DNA of 64,000 nt from positions 186,001-250,000 of the forward strand of contig JBEUKZ010000135.1 of NCBI GenBank assembly GCA_048128005.1. Direction: 5' to 3'. The DNA comes from Veleropilina oligotropha (Eukaryota). The notes under the pieces are model-generated. The model saw only the letters and a program-made list of their open reading frames with translations. It was not told where the DNA came from and ran no database searches. This document shows, piece after piece, positions 13,466 through 22,721 of this stretch; position 1 is the first letter of the stretch, and the number at the start of each line of letters is the position of its first letter. Made by a program: the position numbers and the translations under genes.

Positions 13466-16400
13466 TTACACTGCACTATCATTGTCAGAATTGTTGATAA
13501 CAAGATCCAATGGACAGATTTTACTCAGGGATCTCGTAATCACACTGCGCCCAACTTGCAATTTTACGACACGCACATGATTGTCTTTCCCTGGAAAGAC
13601 TTCGATTGCTCTCCCAAGCGGCCAATGTCCTCTTGTGGTGTCTGGCGAAATGACTAAGACGACATCACCAACTTTGACGTCTCGCTGGGGACGCAACCAT
13701 TTCTTCCTGGACCCGAGGCCTGGGAGCCATTCACGGAGCCAACGATGCCAAAAGTGGCGAACCAGCTCCTGTAATCGCCGCCACCTCTTTCTGGGACTGA
13801 AATCTGTTTCGTCCACCGATTGTGGAGCAAACTGACCACCAACTTGACCGTGAAGGAAGTGATTTGGCGTCAGCGGTAGGTCGTCCCTTGGATCAGCAGA
13901 CTGGTACGTCAATGGCCTTGAGTTGATAAGCGCCTCTGCACCAGTAAATGCAGTAGTGAGCTCTTCATCTGTTATCGCTGCATCAGCAAGAATCGCGTTG
14001 ATCGCTCTCTTTGCAGCTTTTATCATGGTTTCGAATACTCCGCCGAAATGCGGAGACAATGGTGGATTAAACTTCCATTTGATCCCTTTGTTTGCCGTGA
14101 GTCCTACAACTTTATCTTGGTCGATCTTCTTCACCAATTCCCGTAACTCTTTGTTACCGGCTACAAAATTACCTCCGTTGTCGGAAATCATCTCTGTCGG
14201 GAGACCTCTTCGATTGACCATGCGGTAGAAAGCATTCAGGAATGAGTCGGTATCCAATCCATATGCCATTTCTAAATGAACTGCCCTGGTTGTCAAACAT
14301 GTGAATAGACAAAGGTAACGCTTCTGTCGTCGTTTTCCTCTGCCCTGAGTGGTGATAAACGGCCCTGCGTAGTCTACGCCTGTTCGAGCGAATGCGTGTA
14401 GCGGCTTCCTTACACGAAAATCTGGAAGTGGTGCCATAATTTGCGTAGCAGCTTTAGCTTTTCTGCGACGACATTCCATGCATTCTTTTTCCCATTCCCG
14501 AACTTCTTCTCGACCCGAAACTATCCAATAATGTGCAGCCAGGTTGGACAGCAAATGGTTGGTTCCAATGACATGTCTTCCTTCTTCATGGTAGTGTTTC
14601 ACGATGAGCTTCGTTATGTGATTCTTTCGTGGCAGTATGACCGGATAGCGAACATCATATGCCAGATATTCAGCATTTATCAACCGGCTGTCCGATCGCA
14701 TTAGCCCATCTTCGTCCAATTTCGGGTTTAACGATAGCAACTTGCTATTGTTTGGTAGTCTTTTTTCGTTCTTCAGTGCAGCATACTCTGCATGGTAAGA
14801 TTTCTTCTGTGCTTGTTTGATAATTCGAACTTCAGCATCTGCTATTTCTTCTGTAAGCAGCTCTCCAGTTGATCTCTCGGATTTTGGAAGACGGCAGTTA
14901 TCCACGAACCGGATAACCAATCCATGTATCCTCTTTAGTTTCGCCCAACTGGAAAATCTTTCTGGATTCAGACGCCAGGTGGGACTATTATCTTCATCAC
15001 TTGGCACCGTGAGGTCTGTGTTCTTCTGCGTATGGAACGTAACTTCCGTTGAAGAACGCTGTTGACGTGAACTTCTTTCTTCTTTCGTGGCTTGAACCTT
15101 TTCCACCATATTTTCAGGCCAGTCTGATTCGTTTTCTTTCAAAAACTGCGGACCATTCCACCATACGTCGGACTGACTCAGATCTGATGCAGATATACCA
15201 CGTGTCACGAGATCTGCAGGATTCCTCTTGGTAGGGACATATCGCCACTGTTCTGGATTCGTAAGTCTATGGATTTCTCCGATACGATTCGCTACGAATG
15301 GTTTGTATTGACGACTGCACCCTCGGATCCACCACAATACGTTCATACTGTCCGACCAAAAGACAGTGTCTTGTATCTTCTTATCCATCACTCTTGCGAT
15401 GACTTCTGCCAGTTTCAACCCCAGGATAGCCGCCATTAACTCCAAACGTGGAATGCTAACCGCTATGAGGGGCGCAACACGTGTCTTTGAAGCGACTAAT
15501 CGACAGGTAACCAAACCGCTTTGATATTCACACCTGATGTATGCTCCCGCCCCGTAGGCATCTTGGGAAGCATCAACAAACACGTGCAGATCTTCTGAGA
15601 TGACAATTTCTTCAGTCCTCAAACATCGAGGAACGTTGACTTGCTTCAACTGGGTTAGCTCGGAGAACCATTTCCAAGCCTTGGCTGCTAAGTCTTCTGG
15701 AAGTTGCTCATCCCACTCTATTCCAGCCATCCACGTCTTCTGAAGTAAGATCTTAGCCCGGATACAAAACGGAGCTAAGAATCCCAACGGATCAAACATG
15801 GTTGCTATCTTTCTTAGGAAGTTCCGTTTTGTCAGGTGAAATCCTTCATCTGGCGGGTTGATGTTAAAGGTGAACGTATCTTCACCAGCCTTCCACAATA
15901 CTCCAAGAGTCTTCATTGCTGGTAGGCTTCCTTTGTCCAAGTCTATTTCCACGACCCGATCCACTTCTGGAATTCTTTCCAGAACTGCAGTTGAATTGGA
16001 AAGCCACTTCCGAGCGTGCATGCCAGCGCTTTCCCACAGGTCGGAAAGTTGTTCGTACAACTCGATTCCCTCTTTTTCATTCTCCACAGAATCCATACTA
16101 TCGTCCATATACGTTGACTTCAGGATTACTTCGGCTGCTCGAGGGCTTCTCTCTTTATTCTTCTCAGCATGCTTCTGAGCTACGAATTGAGCTTGAAATG
16201 GAGAGGAGTTGACACCAAATACGACTCTATTAAATTCGTATATCGTCGGAACTGCATCCTTGTCCATGTCTCTCCAAAGAAACCTGTGGTAACGTCTTTC
16301 TTTTGGTGCTAGTTCGATTCGCAAGTACATTTCTGCAATGTCGCACATCAAAGCAATGGGATATCTTCTGAATCGAATCAAGACATCGATTAAGTCGCGT

Positions 16401-19183
16401 TGCAGCTTTGGTCCTTGCAGAACAGCATCATTCAAGGAAACATCTCCATACTTTGCAGAAGCGTCAAAAACTATTCGAACTTTTGTTGTTGCTTTATCCA
16501 TTCTAATGACTGGGAAGTGTGGCAAATACCACCCGTCGTTGTCTTGGAAATCTTGTTCAACTCTGCTTATGTATCCCTTCTCTTCATATGATCTGATGAT
16601 CTCAGAATACTTCTCTGCAACGTCCCGTTCTTTCATCAATCTTTTCTCTGTGTTTCCCAGACGACGAAGTGCCATTCCGTAATTGTTTGGCAAGTCTGGT
16701 GCTTCATCCTTCCAGGGAGTTGCGACTTGATAACGGCCGTTCTGATAGATAATCGACTCTTCAAGTTTCCGTACAGCTATCTGGTCTTCTTTTTTCAAAA
16801 TCTCGGTTTTCGGGAGAGCACCGATACTCTCAATATCCCAAAATCTGCGAAGCAGGTCATTCGTCTCGTCTATGATTGAATGATCATGCATAAGGAATGT
16901 TCGATTGAAAATGGTATGTATTGTCACCCCTTGATTCCCGTAAGGGTTGCCGACGCATGTCCATCCTAAGGGAGTGAGTCGAGCAATCGGTTCTCCAGGA
17001 TTTCCTCTGACGTCTTGTACGGAGTATAGTAGATCAGCATAATCTACTCCTATCAGCATATCCACGAATGGTCTTGAACTGGCGGTAGGAAAGTTGATAT
17101 CTCTCAAGTGCGACCACTTGCTAGCATGCTTTGTCCAATTAATGACTTGCATTTTACCAGTAACTTGTTCTGTTGTTAATGCTGCTACACGCCGCTTGAC
17201 TGTACCATCTAAGCTTTGAAGGTCCACCTCCACCGGCATAGTCTCAAACGTCTCGATCCTGTCGTTGACGACATTTATGGAAATCTTTTGGAGTTTGCCC
17301 TGAATTCCTAATTCTGCCACTACGTCAGAATTTATGTACGTTCTGGTGCTGGCATCATCCAGGAGCGCATTAACAACTATGCTGCGATTTCCATTCTTCA
17401 GTATTACTGGTACTGTTCTGAGTGCTAAATATGCATCACTATCCACTTTCTTCGAAGCCATCGTTGTGGTATGCGATCTCTCTCGCCTATCCGAATGCTC
17501 CTCTTCCATGGGAGACGTGGGTCTGTTGCCTGGGCCGAATTGCTCAGCAACAAACTGATCCGCTGTCCGGTTCGCTCTTTCATGCCTGGTTCTGTCACCT
17601 CCAGTCTTCTGGCCTGTAGGTTTTGTAGTGCGATCACGATTTGCGTGCAGCAGCCTATTATGCGTCTGCGCGCAACCATCGATACCGCATCCCTTCTTCC
17701 AAGAGCACGATGAACCCTGATGATCATCTCCTAGACACCGGAAGCACAGGTGGAACTGCCTTGCCGACTTCCATCTCTGGTCCACGCTCATGGCTTTAAA
17801 CTCGTCGCATTTCCAAATAGCATGCCGACCGTTGCAGACTTTACATGGATGTCGCTTGTCCTGTTTGGGACTTCTGTCTTCTCCAAATAACGTTTGATTG
17901 TTGCGCCTGTTGCTGCGTTGATTGGATCTCTGGTAGCCGCTTACACTGGTTTCTTCAAGCCCTTTGATGGTTTCCGATGCTATAGTCTGAAACTCCGCCT
18001 CTTGTAACACCCATTCTCTGAGAGTTTCAACGGACTCATCCCTGCATCTTTCATACACCCAGCGATGATATTGTGCGAGCATACCTTCCGTCATCTTTGT
18101 CTGCAGCTTGCTGTAGAGTGAGCCATTCCCTAACTCTTCAAATCTTCCAGCTTCTTTAAGATTTATGACCGCTATGTCTAATGCGTCTGCAAAACTTTCT
18201 ACATCTTTCGCAACCCCAGATCTTATAGGTTTGAAGTTTTCCAACTCTTCTATGAATATAGCAATTTGTCGTCTTCTTCCGCCGTATTTGCGTTCTAGTC
18301 TGTCCTTTGCCGCTTCATACGCCGCCGCCGAATGTCCGAGGTTCTCGATTACCTTTAACGCGTCTCCTGTTAGGTACTGACGAAGCTGCAGGAGTTTGTA
18401 CTCTGGTGTAGCGGGTGCTTGGTCGATACATGCCGTGAATGCCGATTTCCAATTACCATATGCCTTCTTGTTCCCGGAGAATACAGGAATGGCCACTCGC
18501 TGTAGTTGCCTCCACAAGTCCTGACCAATTGACGGGTGACCTGTTGTATTTCGCTCAGGTTCTGTCTGGGGACTTGTGGCGGACTGTTGAGGTGCAACGT
18601 TCATTCGAGTGGTACTGTCTGGCACGTTAGGCATTCTGTTAGTACCAACATTTGTTGGTGCTGCATGCATCAATGCAGGTGTTAGTGAATTTTCTATATT
18701 AAATTCTCTCTTACCTGCATCATCTTCTCTTTGTGTGGATTTTCTTCTACGGGTACTCACCATGGATAAATCCGACACAACACTTGATGCTTCTTCCTTT
18801 CTGGAATCTAAATATTCCTGGACGCGATCGTGTGCTTCAGTGAACTTACTGACAAGCGTTTCCATTTCTTCGCTTGTATTCCGGATGCCCAGTCTGTTAC
18901 CTGACTTAGAATACGCGTCAGATAACGATGTCATCGTATCCATTGTGCTTTCCTGACACAAGCTGAGTTTCATCATGAATTCGCGTACCTGTCGCCGACT
19001 GGGTACTTCATCGTCTAGTAACAGCAATAGACGATTTTGTGTCCTCGTAAATGCCGCCTTGGCTTTGGACTTCGTCTGCTTCAACAGTTCAACATCTATT
19101 TCCATTGCGTTGTCTTCTGGTATATCCGACATATCAGCACTTGCACTATCTAATGGAGACACACCACTTGGATCAGATGTCAT
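13466..19183 (-). CDS. BEL/Pao gag-pol polyprotein (gag with Cys-His knuckles, aspartic protease, RT, RNase H, integrase)
   Basis: Uninterrupted ORF of about 1905 aa from the first ATG at 19183. Motifs: CKVCNGRHAIWKC, CFRCLGDDH, CAQTHNRLLH, ALLDDAS protease, RIVFDAS and YMDD RT, FVDASQDAYG and IPRLEL RNase H, GVDYAGP, SDNGGNF and GGVFE integrase. Confidence 0.96.
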   Translation of the reverse strand: MTSDPSGVSPLDSASADMSDIPEDNAMEIDVELLKQTKSKAKAAFTRTQNRLLLLLDDEVPSRRQVREFMMKLSLCQESTMDTMTSLSDAYSKSGNRLGIRNTSEEMETLVSKFTEAHDRVQEYLDSRKEEASSVVSDLSMVSTRRRKSTQREDDAGKREFNIENSLTPALMHAAPTNVGTNRMPNVPDSTTRMNVAPQQSATSPQTEPERNTTGHPSIGQDLWRQLQRVAIPVFSGNKKAYGNWKSAFTACIDQAPATPEYKLLQLRQYLTGDALKVIENLGHSAAAYEAAKDRLERKYGGRRRQIAIFIEELENFKPIRSGVAKDVESFADALDIAVINLKEAGRFEELGNGSLYSKLQTKMTEGMLAQYHRWVYERCRDESVETLREWVLQEAEFQTIASETIKGLEETSVSGYQRSNQRSNRRNNQTLFGEDRSPKQDKRHPCKVCNGRHAIWKCDEFKAMSVDQRWKSARQFHLCFRCLGDDHQGSSCSWKKGCGIDGCAQTHNRLLHANRDRTTKPTGQKTGGDRTRHERANRTADQFVAEQFGPGNRPTSPMEEEHSDRRERSHTTTMASKKVDSDAYLALRTVPVILKNGNRSIVVNALLDDASTRTYINSDVVAELGIQGKLQKISINVVNDRIETFETMPVEVDLQSLDGTVKRRVAALTTEQVTGKMQVINWTKHASKWSHLRDINFPTASSRPFVDMLIGVDYADLLYSVQDVRGNPGEPIARLTPLGWTCVGNPYGNQGVTIHTIFNRTFLMHDHSIIDETNDLLRRFWDIESIGALPKTEILKKEDQIAVRKLEESIIYQNGRYQVATPWKDEAPDLPNNYGMALRRLGNTEKRLMKERDVAEKYSEIIRSYEEKGYISRVEQDFQDNDGWYLPHFPVIRMDKATTKVRIVFDASAKYGDVSLNDAVLQGPKLQRDLIDVLIRFRRYPIALMCDIAEMYLRIELAPKERRYHRFLWRDMDKDAVPTIYEFNRVVFGVNSSPFQAQFVAQKHAEKNKERSPRAAEVILKSTYMDDSMDSVENEKEGIELYEQLSDLWESAGMHARKWLSNSTAVLERIPEVDRVVEIDLDKGSLPAMKTLGVLWKAGEDTFTFNINPPDEGFHLTKRNFLRKIATMFDPLGFLAPFCIRAKILLQKTWMAGIEWDEQLPEDLAAKAWKWFSELTQLKQVNVPRCLRTEEIVISEDLHVFVDASQDAYGAGAYIRCEYQSGLVTCRLVASKTRVAPLIAVSIPRLELMAAILGLKLAEVIARVMDKKIQDTVFWSDSMNVLWWIRGCSRQYKPFVANRIGEIHRLTNPEQWRYVPTKRNPADLVTRGISASDLSQSDVWWNGPQFLKENESDWPENMVEKVQATKEERSSRQQRSSTEVTFHTQKNTDLTVPSDEDNSPTWRLNPERFSSWAKLKRIHGLVIRFVDNCRLPKSERSTGELLTEEIADAEVRIIKQAQKKSYHAEYAALKNEKRLPNNSKLLSLNPKLDEDGLMRSDSRLINAEYLAYDVRYPVILPRKNHITKLIVKHYHEEGRHVIGTNHLLSNLAAHYWIVSGREEVREWEKECMECRRRKAKAATQIMAPLPDFRVRKPLHAFARTGVDYAGPFITTQGRGKRRQKRYLCLFTCLTTRAVHLEMAYGLDTDSFLNAFYRMVNRRGLPTEMISDNGGNFVAGNKELRELVKKIDQDKVVGLTANKGIKWKFNPPLSPHFGGVFETMIKAAKRAINAILADAAITDEELTTAFTGAEALINSRPLTYQSADPRDDLPLTPNHFLHGQVGGQFAPQSVDETDFSPRKRWRRLQELVRHFWHRWLREWLPGLGSRKKWLRPQRDVKVGDVVLVISPDTTRGHWPLGRAIEVFPGKDNHVRVVKLQVGRSVITRSLSKICPLDLVINNSDNDSAV

Positions 19184-19204
19184 AGTTATAATCCAATAAA
19201 ACCG

Positions 19205-19222
19205 AACCACGCTCTGCTACCA
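19205..19222 (-). promoter_or_regulatory. Primer-binding site, complementary to the 3' end of initiator tRNA-Met
   Basis: Minus strand TGGTAGCAGAGCGTGGTT begins 2 nt after the 5' LTR and complements the ...CUCUGCUACCA 3' end of eukaryotic tRNAi-Met. Confidence 0.85.
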
Positions 19223-19224
19223 AT

Positions 19225-19672
19225 TAGTCTTGAGACCAATAACGTTCTCTATTGGGACACACGATTATTGTGTCATATTACGAAGTTGGATCTAATTAAC
19301 TCGGTTGTGTAATTATAACAATTCAAGATTCTGTCCAGCAGGTACTCCGTTCCACTATTATTGGAACAACGCAAGCCTTTGATGATGGTTAAATATTTAC
19401 TAAGCTAACATATATACATGAGTATCCAGCAACACTAAATTTCTAGAAGACACTAACCTATTTTGTTTCCTACAGCCAATTTATTCTGCATCAGCCAGGC
19501 TTATCTGCGAAAGTCATTAACCCCAAAGTTGACTTTTACAAAGTTGACAAGAGGACATCCGCCAATGGACAAGACTGCCTCAAGTTAACAATTTGCTGCA
19601 TTGGAATGGAAACCGACCACACACACACACTGTCTGACAATTAAAAGAGCAATTATATTTCCCTTTTATCCA
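19225..19672 (-). repeat. 5' LTR of BEL/Pao element
   Basis: Direct repeat of 12347-12794, adjacent to the PBS. Confidence 0.95.
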
Positions 19673-20828
19673 GGGGTCGTTTCGACCCCTATCCGCACCG
19701 CTTCTTTTTCAAATTCACTATAAACATCACTTAACTCATCCATCATTTAATGTTACCAAATTTGTTTTATTATGTTGCATATATCATATAATATAGACTA
19801 TTGAACCAATGCAATATTCGCACAATTCATAGCCATGCTATCAGTTCACAACACTAATTAGGCCTGTGCGTTGGGATACCTACTACCATATATGACCTAA
19901 TATGGTTATAGCTCTGTAAGACTGCAGAAATTGACCAGCAGAATTTTACTTAAGACTTTATAAGCGATAGTCAGCTCACCTTCATGCAATTCTTAAACAA
20001 AACAGCTGCCATTTCTACGATGATTATGCTGTTCACAGCCAATTTGCAAAATGATTGCAAGAAATTGCGCCGGTGTAATTTGACAATCTTCATATTTTCA
20101 TGCACATCATCTATATCAAATGCAACACATTTAAATCATGACAAAAGTCGTTATTCATATAACATAAAATGTAAAGTGATCCACACAAAAATATATAAAC
20201 ATAATAGGACCAATGTGCAAAATACAAATCTGTACATTCTTCAAACTGTCGTTGCACGTCATAAACACATGACAAACATTGTATGTACTTTTAAATGTAT
20301 CTTTTGCACAGTAGAACCTGGGACCAGTATACAAAAACTTTATATACTTATTATCGTACTAGAGCAAAGTCAATATTCGTACTATGTACCAATTTCACCA
20401 TTGGAAATGTAAACTTATGGCAATTCTACCCTTTCGCTACAACAGCATCAATTTTACATATAAATCATCGAAGCCAACATAACACAGCATTCATGTGATA
20501 AATACATTTATATCATGATAACATATTAATGCATTTTAAAGATCACTTTTTCAAAACAACACGACCACATTTTTCCTTTTTATTATATAATATAGGCTAT
20601 GGAAATGTTAAATAATAGATATATTTTATTTTCCTTTCGTGGTTATAATATAATTATATACAATAACATCAAATAATGTATTATTAGGCCTAATGAAGAG
20701 CTTCTAGCATCTATATTCTGTATTTCTTGCTAGTCTTGATGGCCTAGAAATAGAAATAAATAATAATATTAAAATACTATTTAATTAAATAATATTAATA
20801 TATTAGTTAATAGTTTAATATGGATCAA

Positions 20829-20904
20829 GGGGCTCGATGTTGTGCGCCTCCTCGTGGTGGGCCCTGGATATGGGAACGAAAGTTCCCTGAACGAAACGCA
20901 CAAC
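20829..20904 (+). ncRNA. Putative HDV-like self-cleaving ribozyme at the LINE 5' end
   Basis: P1 GGGGCUC/GGGCCCU (G1-U wobble); P2 GUUGUGC/GCACAAC; P3 GCC/GGU; L3 UCCUCGU; P1.1 CC/GG; P4 GGGAAC-GAAA-GUUCCC; J4/2 CGAA with candidate catalytic C at 20892. Predicted by manual pairing only. Confidence 0.8.
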
Positions 20905-21422
20905 CAGGTCGTTTGCCGTGACCTGCGACCTACTGTCGAGGGAGAGTGGGATCCTGGTGGTTGAGGGGAAAAGATGCTGGTATTACCCGTCTTTGACCCA
21001 ACACACCACTTTGGCCCATGATTCCTCTAGAGTGGTAGATGGATGGGCCCGGTCCATTCAATCGGCTGGTAACGCCATGCCCTATACTGCATGATATAGT
21101 GTCTTTTCATTTGTAAATAACATCTTTTGCAATGTAAATTACACCAATCACCTTATAATATTACTGTTATTAATATTATGTCATAGTTATATACTTTCGG
21201 TAAACCTGTAGTTTAGAAGGCGGTTGCTCATGGGTCAATCTTGTTTTATTGACCGCTTAGTTCTTTAGCTTTTACTAAAGCTACTTAAGTCAATACTATT
21301 AGAGTATAGTGCATCTGTATCCCCGGTGTCTGCCTGCCGGTTACCAGCAGGCTTATGGACATCGCCCTTGTTGGCACTCCGTGGTGGGTGGAGACCCGAT
21401 GCACCGAATTATATTACACAAT

Positions 21423-22721
21423 ATGGCGAAAAATAAACCTACCACCACGAAACGACTGAGACAGGAATCGTCATCCTCGTCTGACGAGGATGACATTTCT
21501 AATTATAATTCTACAAACTGGCCACGCTTTTTGTTACTGTCAGGTATTGAAGGCAATCTCGCGAAAAATCCACTAACGAAAAATCCCTTTGTCATTGCGA
21601 AGACTATCGAAGGTATAGCTGGGACCGTTAAAAGTGTTAAAAGATTGAGAGATGGGAGCCTTCTTATTGAATGTAATAGAAGGCAACAGTCTCTCAATCT
21701 TTTAAAAATCGAGACATTTGCAAATGCTGCTGTATGTGTAAAGCCACATACCTATCTGAACACATCAAAAGGTATTGTAAGGGATCGCGATCGATGCCTC
21801 CAATACCTGACAGAACACGAAATTTTAATCGAATTGGAACATCAGGGTGTTATAGGAGTTAAACGATTCACAATTACGAAAGAAAATAATAAAATCCCTA
21901 CTAACACTTACCTCATGACCTTTTCATCTGCTATTCGACCAAATCACATCACCGCTGGATACAATCGCATCGAAGTGGATGTGTATTATCCAAATCCACT
22001 TCGATGCTACAGGTGCCAAAAATATGGCCATGGTGTTAGCAACTGTACAAACAGTGAGAGATGTTTTCGCTGTGGAAGCGATCATGAAAGCAGCCAGTGT
22101 GAATCCCTGCCCAAATGTGTGAACTGTGATGGAGAGCACACTGCTGCCTCTAAACAGTGTCCCATTTGGATCAGGGAATCAAAAATCACGAAACTTAAGA
22201 CTGACCGAAACATCACGTACCCAGAGGCCAAAAGACTGCTAACATCTCAGTCTGGTCCATCCTATTCTTCTGTGGTTGGTTAGTCAGCACAAAAGCAGTC
22301 CGTAACGACCACTTCCTCTGCTTGTCAGACGGAACTTACTTGGATCTGCAGTGACCAACCAACAACGGTTAAGACCTCAGAACCAACTTCAGCGAAAGCA
22401 TCTCAAGCTTCATCACAGATTCACCCTGATATTCCAACTCAAGCTACTGTCTCTACTTCTAAACCATATTCATCTGATATTATTTCATCGCAATCTGAAA
22501 ACTCTCAATCTCTATCATATCATTCACAGTCAAGGAAAAAGTCCCCAGCTACTGGGAAAAAGAACCACTCTGGACGCCCGAAAAAGGGTCAGGAGGACCC
22601 AATCAAACTCCACAACAGATATACGGAATTGGATCCAGAGACCATGGAGTTTGAGGAACCTCGACGACATCGATCCAGTGAACGTAGGTCCCCCATCAAA
22701 CCCCCTAACGCACGATCATGA
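21423..22721 (+). pseudogene. ORF1 (gag-like, three CCHC knuckles) of the I/Nimb LINE with one premature stop
   Basis: MAKNKPTT... PNPLRCYRCQKYGH, CFRCGSDH, CVNCDGEH. TAG at 22281 is followed by an in-frame open continuation (CQTELTW, KGQEDPIKLHNRY) to TGA at 22719-22721, which overlaps the ORF2 ATG (ATGA). Confidence 0.88.

Larger units (their letters stand above)
12347..19672 (-). mobile_element. Full-length BEL/Pao LTR retrotransposon
   Basis: 448-bp LTRs at 12347-12794 and 19225-19672; 5-bp TSD GGGGT (12342-12346, 19673-19677); empty site visible in copies A, C and D; PBS, PPT and a single intact gag-pol ORF. Confidence 0.97.

Noticed and set aside
19184..19210. GTG start of the BEL ORF at 19210
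   Set aside because: It lies inside the PBS; the first ATG at 19183 is the more plausible start.
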